DNA of 64,000 nt from Candidatus Altimarinota bacterium (GTDB lineage Bacteria; Patescibacteriota; Gracilibacteria; CAIRYL01): positions 192,001-256,000 of the forward strand of contig OZ252287.1 of assembly GCA_965250085.1 (NCBI GenBank). Direction: 5' to 3'. Below are positions 57,787-64,000 of the stretch, in pieces. Each line of letters opens with the position of its first letter. Within the stretch, counting starts at the first letter, position 1. The notes beneath the pieces are model-generated. The model was not told the DNA's origin and did not search any database. It worked only from the letters and a program-made list of their open reading frames with translations. A program made the position numbers and the translations under genes.

Positions 57787-58383
57787 ATGCGTTACACAGG
57801 ACCCAAGGTACGGCTTGCACGACGAGAAGGACAAAATCTTTTCTTAAAGAGCACATATAAAGGTGATTTTGGTAAAGTGCCAGGAGCTCAAAAAAAACGA
57901 TTTGGAAAATTGTCAGAATATGGGAAGCAGCTCAGAGAAAAGCAGAAAGCGAAACGTATCTTTGGCATTACTGAACGCGTATGCCGAAAATACTATGCAG
58001 AAGCAGTCCGGAGAAAAGGTGTTACCGGTGTGAATTTTCTCCGACTCTTAGAAATGCGATTTGATAACGTAGTGTATCGCGCAGGATTTGCTCTCACAAG
58101 AGCTCAGGCGCGCCAAATGGTGAATCATCGCGTATTTGAAGTAAATAAAAAAAGGGCTGATATTCCTTCTCAAGAACTTAAAGAGGGAGATGTTATCACT
58201 GTGAGAGAAAAATTTATAAATCATCCAGTACTCATACAAATGGAAGAAGAAAATCAGCTCTCTCCTAAATGGATTGACTCTGACTTAAAGAAAAGAACAA
58301 TCACCGTTACTCGAGTTCCAGAAGAAGACGAAATGGAGCAATCTATTGCCTTACATCTTATTGTAGAGTTTTACTCTCGATAG
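57787..58383 (+). CDS. rpsD: 30S ribosomal protein S4
   Basis: RYTGP, SEYGKQLREKQK, LEMRFDNVVYRAGF, IVEFYSR. Confidence 0.97.
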   Translation: MRYTGPKVRLARREGQNLFLKSTYKGDFGKVPGAQKKRFGKLSEYGKQLREKQKAKRIFGITERVCRKYYAEAVRRKGVTGVNFLRLLEMRFDNVVYRAGFALTRAQARQMVNHRVFEVNKKRADIPSQELKEGDVITVREKFINHPVLIQMEEENQLSPKWIDSDLKKRTITVTRVPEEDEMEQSIALHLIVEFYSR

Positions 58384-58447
58384 TTCACATTTTTAGGATT
58401 CAATACTTCAAGAATTCTTCCTTTATTATTTTTTTCACTCTTTTCTT

Positions 58448-59422
58448 ATGCACATTATTCAAGAGGAAATCGGACCTCCAAAGATGACGGTTCAAACACA
58501 AGATACAAACACCGGAGTCTTTACACTGTCTCCTCTGCCTTCTGGTTTTGGTCATACTCTTGGGAATTCAATGAGAAGAGTTCTTTTGTCTTCTCTTCCG
58601 GGGGCTACCATTACCGCAATAAAGGTGAAGGGAGCTACTCATGAATATGCGACTCTTTCGGGCATAAAGGATTCTGTGTTAGATATTATTTTAAACCTTA
58701 AAAAAGTACGATTCAAAAAGCATTCTTCTGAAATGGAAATTATTTCTCTTGAAAAAAAAGGAAATGGACCTGTATTAGCAAAGGACATCAAATCTTCAAG
58801 TGACATTGAAATCTTGAATCCTGACGAAGTCATTACTATGATTGATGGAAAAAAAAGCTCTCTTTCTCTTCAGCTTAGGATCGAAAAGGGGGTTGGGTAT
58901 TTGCCAGTAAAAGATCGCGCAAAGAAAGAAGACGACGCCGAATGGATATTAGTTGACGCCGCATTTTCACCAGTACTGCTGTGTCGGTATGAAGTCATTC
59001 CTACTCGTGTAGGAGAAATGACAAATCTTGATAAACTCGAAATAGAAGTTAAAACGAATGGATCTCTTTCTCCTGAGGAATGTATTAAATTTTGCTCAGA
59101 GCTTTTGCAAAGATACTTCAATATCTTCAAAGCTGGAAGCGAAGAGATAGTAGAGCCAGACTACGTCACTGACTTTTCCCGAGCTTCACAGGCTGAAGAG
59201 CGGGTAGAGCCAGAGGAAAAAGAAAGTTACACTCCTATTGAGATTCTCAACCTTTCTCCCCGCACGCTCAATGCTCTTATTAATGGAGATATTGGGTCCA
59301 TAGAAGAGCTTACAAAATGTACTCTCGCAAAACTTTCAACTTTGAGAGGATTTGGGAAAAAAGCACAAGACGAGGTGTCCAGCGCACTTCAGGGCAGGGG
59401 TCTTTCTCTTTCAGAAGAATAA
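58448..59422 (+). CDS. rpoA: RNA polymerase subunit alpha
   Basis: GFGHTLGNSMRRVLLSS, DAAFSPV, alpha-CTD LSPRTLNAL. Confidence 0.97.
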   Translation: MHIIQEEIGPPKMTVQTQDTNTGVFTLSPLPSGFGHTLGNSMRRVLLSSLPGATITAIKVKGATHEYATLSGIKDSVLDIILNLKKVRFKKHSSEMEIISLEKKGNGPVLAKDIKSSSDIEILNPDEVITMIDGKKSSLSLQLRIEKGVGYLPVKDRAKKEDDAEWILVDAAFSPVLLCRYEVIPTRVGEMTNLDKLEIEVKTNGSLSPEECIKFCSELLQRYFNIFKAGSEEIVEPDYVTDFSRASQAEERVEPEEKESYTPIEILNLSPRTLNALINGDIGSIEELTKCTLAKLSTLRGFGKKAQDEVSSALQGRGLSLSEE

Positions 59423-59451
59423 ACACTTTTATTTAAACTTTTTATCAATCC

Positions 59452-59808
59452 ATGAGACATCGCGTTCGATCTGTAAAGCTTGGCAGAAAAAAAGATCACC
59501 TCAAATCTCTTTTGAGAAACTTGGTAACATCTCTTGTTCTCCATGGGCACATTCAGACTACTGAAAAAAAAGCCAAAGCAATTCAGGGCATGGTCGATAA
59601 GTTGATCACAACTGTAAAAAAGAAAGAAGAACGAGAAGCAATACGAGAACTGAGAAAAGTCCTGTTTACAAAAGAGTCTTCTGAGAAAATGGTCCAAGAT
59701 CTCAAGAAGAGATATAAAGATAGGAATTCGGGGTTTACCCGTATTATACCTCTTGGAGTCAGAGAGGGAGATGGGGCATCAAAGGTCCAGATAGAACTTA
59801 TTTTGTAA
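59452..59808 (+). CDS. rplQ: 50S ribosomal protein L17
   Basis: MRHR...KLGR, I.TT..KAK, SGFTRI...REGD. Confidence 0.97.
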   Translation: MRHRVRSVKLGRKKDHLKSLLRNLVTSLVLHGHIQTTEKKAKAIQGMVDKLITTVKKKEEREAIRELRKVLFTKESSEKMVQDLKKRYKDRNSGFTRIIPLGVREGDGASKVQIELIL

Positions 59809-59838
59809 CACGCCATAGATTTCTTTTATCCTTCACTC

Positions 59839-60270
59839 ATGAAAACAGTTCTTCCAAAAAAATCAGATATTACTCGCACGTGGCATATAGTAGATGCCAA
59901 GGGGAAAGTCTTGGGAAAGGTGGCAACAAAAGTAGCTGAAATTCTCAGGGGAAAACATAAAGCAATATTTACTCCTCATCTTGATACTGGCGATGCGGTT
60001 ATCGTTATTAACGCTAAAGATGTAGTCTTGACTGGTTCAAAACTTTCTCAAAAAAAATACTATCGTTCAAGTGGATACAGTGGAAGTGTGAAAGAAATAA
60101 GTGCAGAAAAACTTCTTGCAAAAGATCCAAAGCAAGTTTTGGAAAAAGCAATCTCAGGCATGATACCCCATAATCGACTCAAAAAAGGGATTTTGCAGCG
60201 CCTCAAAATCTATAAAGGTGATGAACATGCTCATGCTGCTCAAAGCCCAAAAATTCTTGAAATTTCTTAA
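59839..60270 (+). CDS. rplM: 50S ribosomal protein L13
   Basis: WHIVDA...LRGKHK..FTPHLDTGD. Confidence 0.97.
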   Translation: MKTVLPKKSDITRTWHIVDAKGKVLGKVATKVAEILRGKHKAIFTPHLDTGDAVIVINAKDVVLTGSKLSQKKYYRSSGYSGSVKEISAEKLLAKDPKQVLEKAISGMIPHNRLKKGILQRLKIYKGDEHAHAAQSPKILEIS

Positions 60271-60285
60271 TTTTTCTTCTTCTGT

Positions 60286-60735
60286 ATGCCAACTGCTCAA
60301 TCAAAAAGTACCAGTCCAAAAAAACCTTCTGTTAAAAAAGAGAGTTCTCGAACATATTTTTACGCTGTTGGAAAACGAAAAACTTCTATAGCGAAGGTGA
60401 AGCTTTATCCTAAGGGCAGTGGCTCTGTTTTGATTAATGAAAAGAAAGCAGAGGAGTATTTTTCTGGAACCTCTTTGGAAAAAATCCTTCTTCCTTTTAG
60501 TATTTTGGGTGATAAGAAAGGATATGACGTAGAAGCCAGTGTGCTTGGCGGAGGAAAAATGGGTCAATCAGATGCAGTATGCCATGGTATTTCAAGGGCA
60601 TTGACGATTTGTGATGATGGACTGAGGATTGTTTTAAAAAGAGCTGGACTGCTCACTCGTGATTCTCGTACGAAAGAACGAAAGAAGTATGGCCTCAAAA
60701 AGGCACGAAGGTCGCCACAATGGTCTAAGAGATAG
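60286..60735 (+). CDS. rpsI: 30S ribosomal protein S9
   Basis: GKRKT, GGGKMGQ, LTRDSR.KERKKYGLKKARRSPQWSKR. Confidence 0.97.
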   Translation: MPTAQSKSTSPKKPSVKKESSRTYFYAVGKRKTSIAKVKLYPKGSGSVLINEKKAEEYFSGTSLEKILLPFSILGDKKGYDVEASVLGGGKMGQSDAVCHGISRALTICDDGLRIVLKRAGLLTRDSRTKERKKYGLKKARRSPQWSKR

Positions 60736-60847
60736 AGCTTTCTCTCGTGTTTTAATTTAATGGTCTCCTTCTTTAAAAAAGTTACGATGAAATCTCAAGT
60801 ACTTTTGCTATTACGTTTGGTAATATATCCAGAAAAAATTTCTCTTC

Positions 60848-62725
60848 ATGCCAAAAAAAAAGAAAAAGAAGGCGTTTTATCGATGGAGAAAAAAGTATAA
60901 AAAGCTTCGTCACAGCTGGAAAAAATATTTCTCCTGGTCACGATGGAAATGGTGGATGGGAGCCCTTGTATTGATAATATTTCTGACCAAGACATTTTTT
61001 GCGTTTCATTCCTTCCAAAAAGAACTTTCTGACATTCAGACTCTTCAAGAAATAGAGCTCAATGATGTCTTGCAACTCAAAACTGCTCTGCGGCAAGAGT
61101 GCGATTCCGCAAATACCCTCAGAAACTATCTCCTCCTTCCTCCCAAAGATTGTGTGTTTCTGGACGAGAATGAAGGAGAAGACAGCACAACAGAGACGGC
61201 AGAAGATGCTCTGTATTTTTATGTCACCCTGCTCAAAACAAAGCAGGAGAATCAATCCTTGCACGAGGACTTCAAAGCCTTTGTGGAGAATTGGAACGGA
61301 GTAAATATCTCTGCGGAATCACAAAGCCCCTTTGAAATATCTCTGAACACCGCCAGTGGTGGTTCTGATGAATTTTTGGAGCTGACATTTGCGCACAAGG
61401 ATGAAGACCTCGCTCATATCACTGCTTCTCATCTGGAGCATCGATACGAAGTGGAGTTTGGTGACGAAAAACAAATATTTGGAGATATGGAAGAAGTAAA
61501 AAAATTCCTGGATTCTTTGTTCCAAAAAGCCCAACAAGCATCTGAAAAACCTCAAAATGACTCTCCTCCTTCTCCGGAACAAAATCCGCCCCCCATTTCT
61601 GCCACAGACACATCTTCGACTCAAATTCAGGTCTCCCCTCCCCCACCATCAGAACATGGAGAATCTCTTGCAAATATCACTCAAAACAAAACATTCCAGA
61701 AATATCTCACCGCTCTGGGATTTACGGCAGAGGAAATCCCAGATGAAAACGGTGGTTCAGTACGTATTGCCCTCAAACAAGGAGGACAAGTGGTGCGATA
61801 CATCTCTCAAGAAAGTGAAACGGGTGAACTGCTCGGTTCACTTCCCGATGGTTCTGCTCCCGTCAAACTGCAAGGGCTCAAAAGCCTGATAGCAGAGAAC
61901 AAGCGACTTAAAGAAGAAGCGGTGGATATTTCTGAATTTCAAAAAATACAATTTGGAAATCCTGTGGGAAGAGAAAACTATCTTCTTTTGGGACACAATG
62001 GAGGCAATATTGATACCATCATTCTGGCGAATATAGATCATGCCAAAAAGCGAGTGACGCTCATCAGTATTCCCCGAGACTTGCTCGTGGGAGAAAATAA
62101 GATCAATGCTCTGTATGCAAAATATGGAATGCACGCATTTGTTTCACAGATCCAGTCCATTACTGGGCAAAAGATCTCATACTATGGCTTGATTGATTTT
62201 TGGATTTTTATGGACGGCATTGATGCCCTGGGAGGCATCAGTCTCTATCTTCCACGAGCTATTGCCGATCCTACCTATAAGACATTTGATAACGAAGAAT
62301 GGGGCACCATGTTCTTTGAAAAAGGAACGCATCATCTCTCTGGAGTCCAGGCACTCAGACTCGCCAGAAGCCGCGCAACCTCGAGTGATTTTGAACGCGC
62401 ACGCAGACAACATCAGATCCTCTCCGCCGCTCATCAAAAAGCCAAAGGACTCAGTCTGCGTGATGCCAATACTTTGATCAATATTATTCGTGGAGTCCTC
62501 AAACGAGTGGAGACAAATATGTCTGCTCGCATAGCTATTGCACAATTTTTTAAGCTCAAAGATTATGAAATCCGATCAGGAAATGTCATGAGCACCTCGA
62601 ATATACTCGTTTCTGAGCAAAGAGAAACCGCTTACAATGGAGCAAAGCAATATATTTTGATCCCAAGAGATGATGACTGGGGATTGATTAAGAAGTATAT
62701 TTGGGGAGAAATTTTGAAGGACTAA
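60848..62725 (+). CDS. LytR-CpsA-Psr (LCP) family protein with large N-terminal extracellular region
   Basis: Basic N-terminus plus transmembrane helix; DTIIL, ISIPRD, KINA, ALRLARSR, SDFERARRQ. Confidence 0.92.
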   Translation: MPKKKKKKAFYRWRKKYKKLRHSWKKYFSWSRWKWWMGALVLIIFLTKTFFAFHSFQKELSDIQTLQEIELNDVLQLKTALRQECDSANTLRNYLLLPPKDCVFLDENEGEDSTTETAEDALYFYVTLLKTKQENQSLHEDFKAFVENWNGVNISAESQSPFEISLNTASGGSDEFLELTFAHKDEDLAHITASHLEHRYEVEFGDEKQIFGDMEEVKKFLDSLFQKAQQASEKPQNDSPPSPEQNPPPISATDTSSTQIQVSPPPPSEHGESLANITQNKTFQKYLTALGFTAEEIPDENGGSVRIALKQGGQVVRYISQESETGELLGSLPDGSAPVKLQGLKSLIAENKRLKEEAVDISEFQKIQFGNPVGRENYLLLGHNGGNIDTIILANIDHAKKRVTLISIPRDLLVGENKINALYAKYGMHAFVSQIQSITGQKISYYGLIDFWIFMDGIDALGGISLYLPRAIADPTYKTFDNEEWGTMFFEKGTHHLSGVQALRLARSRATSSDFERARRQHQILSAAHQKAKGLSLRDANTLINIIRGVLKRVETNMSARIAIAQFFKLKDYEIRSGNVMSTSNILVSEQRETAYNGAKQYILIPRDDDWGLIKKYIWGEILKD

Positions 62726-62769
62726 GCATCGAAAGGAATAATTTGTTTGTATAAAATATATTTTTCACT

Positions 62770-62878
62770 TTGAAAATTTTTAATTTATAATTCTTAATTT
62801 TTAAATAAATTCTAATTTTATAATTTTTAAAAATTGGAATTTAAAAAATTATTCACAAAAATTAAAAATTAAAAAATT
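62770..62878. repeat. AT-rich heptamer tract forming an imperfect inverted repeat
   Basis: aattttt-aatttat-aattctt-aattttt ... aaaaatt-aaaaatt-aaaaaatt. Confidence 0.6.
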
Positions 62879-62891
62879 GCACATCTCAGCC

Positions 62892-63491
62892 ATGGATTCT
62901 CTCGACACACATTACCACCAGCTTGGCTTTGAATTGATCTGCGGTATTGATGAAGCCGGTCGAGGCCCTTTGGCAGGTCCTGTATATTGCGGTGCGGTGA
63001 TCCTTCCTCAAAATCATGGTATTGCCGACCTTGATGATTCCAAACTCCTCTCAGAAAAGGTACGCGAAGAGCTTTTTGAACAAATTATTTATACAGCTGT
63101 TTCGTACGGAGTAGTGGCTATATCCCCTCTTCAGATTGATAAAATAAATATTCTGAAAGCCACGAAGCGTGGCATGCAGAAAGCCGTGAAGAAACTCCAG
63201 ACTTCACCTGATATTCTGCTTCTGGATGCAGTGAATATCAATTTTCCGGAAATTCCTCAGGTAAATCTGATAAAAGGTGACAATAGAAGCGAATCCATTG
63301 CCGCCGCCTCTATTCTCGCCAAAGTAAGCCGCGATCGGTATATGCACAAGATGCATATGAAGTATCCACACTATAATTTTGCGAGGAATAAAGGCTATGG
63401 CACCAAAGAGCATCTCGAGGCTCTTAAAAAACATGGACCTTGTCCCATTCATCGAACTTCTTTTGCTCCTGTCAAAGATCTCAGTATATGA
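62892..63491 (+). CDS. rnhB: Ribonuclease HII
   Basis: GIDEAGRGPLAGPV, DDSK, IKGD, IAAASILAKV.RD, KGYGT, HR.SF. Confidence 0.97.
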   Translation: MDSLDTHYHQLGFELICGIDEAGRGPLAGPVYCGAVILPQNHGIADLDDSKLLSEKVREELFEQIIYTAVSYGVVAISPLQIDKINILKATKRGMQKAVKKLQTSPDILLLDAVNINFPEIPQVNLIKGDNRSESIAAASILAKVSRDRYMHKMHMKYPHYNFARNKGYGTKEHLEALKKHGPCPIHRTSFAPVKDLSI

Positions 63492-63606
63492 AAAATCAAA
63501 TAGCACATGTGCTATTTGATTTTTTTTACATACCAAACTCACAAAAAAATATATATACTCCTCCCAAGCCAAATGGTGAAATACATCTCCTTTTTAAGGT
63601 CGTATA

Positions 63607-64000
63607 ATGGCACGATGGGACAGAATTAAAAGCAGAGGCCACGTTGAGGATCGTCGAGGAATGGGTCCCGCTATGGTTGGAGGGATTGGAGCCGCTGGGA
63701 TTCTCCTCTTTTTGGCTGTTAGCCTTTTTGGTGGAGGAGAGCAGGCGATGGAGATCATGGAGCAGTTTCAGGAATTTCAGTATCAAACGCCGCAGCAAAC
63801 AGGTGGTGAAGACATCTTTTCCGGAAAGGATGAGTACGAAGTATTCGCATCCACTGTTCTGGGATCGAATAATGATCTCTGGGAGCAGATATTTTCTGCC
63901 AATAATCTGCAGTATCAGGAGCCCACTATGGTGCTGTTTCGCGGAGCAACAAACTCCTCGTGTGGGGCCGCTACTTCTCAAGTAGGACCTCACTACTGTC
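63607..64000 (+). CDS. Neutral zinc metallopeptidase (YpfJ-like), truncated by the window edge
   Basis: Hand translation MARWDRIKSRGHVEDRRG...YQEPTMVLF...SSCGAATSQVGPHYC. Confidence 0.85.
   Translation, partial: MARWDRIKSRGHVEDRRGMGPAMVGGIGAAGILLFLAVSLFGGGEQAMEIMEQFQEFQYQTPQQTGGEDIFSGKDEYEVFASTVLGSNNDLWEQIFSANNLQYQEPTMVLFRGATNSSCGAATSQVGPHYC

Noticed and set aside
1-64000. Genetic code 25 (UGA = Gly) as in Gracilibacteria/Absconditabacteria
   Set aside because: Very long ORFs (3175 and 1085 aa) have no in-frame TGA, and genes such as pth, dus and rnhB end at TGA near their expected lengths.

Overview
This 64 kb window is chromosomal DNA from an AT-rich bacterium that uses the standard code (table 11). 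Gene content and style point to Patescibacteria/CPR, probably Peregrinibacteria-like; this is inference. Housekeeping genes include rpmH, def, rplS, purC, asnS, glgP, an aroA-aroK fusion, folE, trhO, obgE, pth, dus, rimK, ilvE, tRNA-Asn, the infA-rpmJ-rpsM-rpsK-rpsD-rpoA-rplQ-rplM-rpsI block and rnhB, interspersed with many orphan genes that carry their own promoters. Main points of interest: (1) a ~17 kb minus-strand surface locus with csaB, a giant SLH/FG-GAP/TSP3 protein split into 726 aa and 3175 aa frames across a U-UUU-UUG run, and four tightly coupled secreted Cys-containing helical proteins; (2) a protein with eight 37-aa repeats that have a conserved scaffold and a few hypervariable positions (TALE/PUF-like pattern), translationally coupled to a DUF2797 gene; (3) a 10 x 102 bp mosaic TPR array; (4) small palindromic elements inserted in-frame inside enzymes, one at the AroA/AroK junction; (5) a duplicated promoter-plus-leader module on two unrelated genes; (6) a single-chain restriction-modification gene followed by a Fic pseudogene. 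No CRISPR array, integrase or transposase was seen. All family assignments come from motif recognition by eye, not from database searches.
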